Source: Clostridia bacterium (lineage in GTDB: Bacteria > Bacillota > Clostridia > UMGS1840). From it: a stretch of 64,000 nt of DNA. The stretch lies in contig JAZRFJ010000001.1 of the NCBI GenBank assembly GCA_045661305.1, positions 2,970 through 66,969 of the forward strand, in the 5' to 3' direction. The notes below the pieces were generated by a model. It ran no database searches, was not told where the DNA came from, and saw nothing but the letters and a program-made list of their open reading frames with translations. Both the position numbers and the translations under genes were made by a program. Shown here piece by piece: positions 63,805 through 64,000 of this stretch (position 1 is its first letter; the number at the start of each line of letters is the position of its first letter).

Positions 63805-64000
63805 TTATTACTTATTTAACCTGTACAAAAAGTACAAAAAGAAAAATTGTAGAGCTATTGCAATATTTTGCGGTGGCTCTATTTTTATGAGTTTGCAAAG
63901 CAAACTCAATGAATTGCCTGTCGGCATGAATTTAAATTATAAATTTCGGCTCTTTGTCAATAGTTGTGGTGAAAAAAGTTATAAAGAATTTTTGAGGTGG

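Noticed and set aside
1-64000. A search by eye for CRISPR arrays, IS/transposase genes, integrases, prophage genes or known phage-defence modules
   Set aside because: I saw no regularly spaced direct repeats, no transposase, integrase or recombinase ORF, and no nuclease/helicase/reverse-transcriptase islands. The window is essentially core chromosome.

Overview
This is a 64-kb chromosomal window from a low-GC, spore-forming Firmicute of the class Clostridia. That placement is an inference from gene content: spoVFA/B, murT-gatD, csaB, and cohesin/dockerin-like secreted proteins, which look Ruminococcus/Oscillospiraceae-like. There are about 60 protein genes, nearly all core housekeeping. They include the tail of a capF/capG-like capsule sugar pathway, secDF, alaS, relA, recJ, clpX-clpP-tig, tsaBE, dipicolinate synthase, two DegV paralogues, comFC and a GT4-CsaB fusion. 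They also include MurT/GatD, RNase J, rarA, tcdA, a GldG-type ABC operon, mutS2, hisS-aspS and the rpmG-secE-nusG-rplKAJL cluster. There are four tRNAs: a Gly-Phe-Asp operon and a solitary Val. I saw no CRISPR array, IS element, prophage or recognisable phage-defence island. The non-routine content is at the RNA and small-gene level and does not appear in the ORF track. (1) Two homologous, equal-length (~278 nt) hairpin-bounded structured elements sit in 5' leaders. One lies between a T-box terminator and an HTH-cupin-acyl-CoA-synthetase fusion gene. The other forms the whole hisS-aspS leader, where a T-box would be expected. Their stems covary, so I rate them the best candidate for an undescribed cis-acting RNA class. 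(2) A T-box riboswitch controls an atypical target, the ligase fusion. (3) An unannotated type I toxin-antitoxin-like cassette encodes a 22-aa hydrophobic peptide with a convergent ~90-nt antisense RNA, bracketed by twin terminator hairpins. (4) An operon encodes a dockerin-like protein, a cohesin-like protein and an unannotated 56-aa ORF. (5) A large membrane protein carries a four-fold acidic PFE..FF.YE cytoplasmic tail. All calls rest on by-eye motif recognition; no database search or folding computation was possible.
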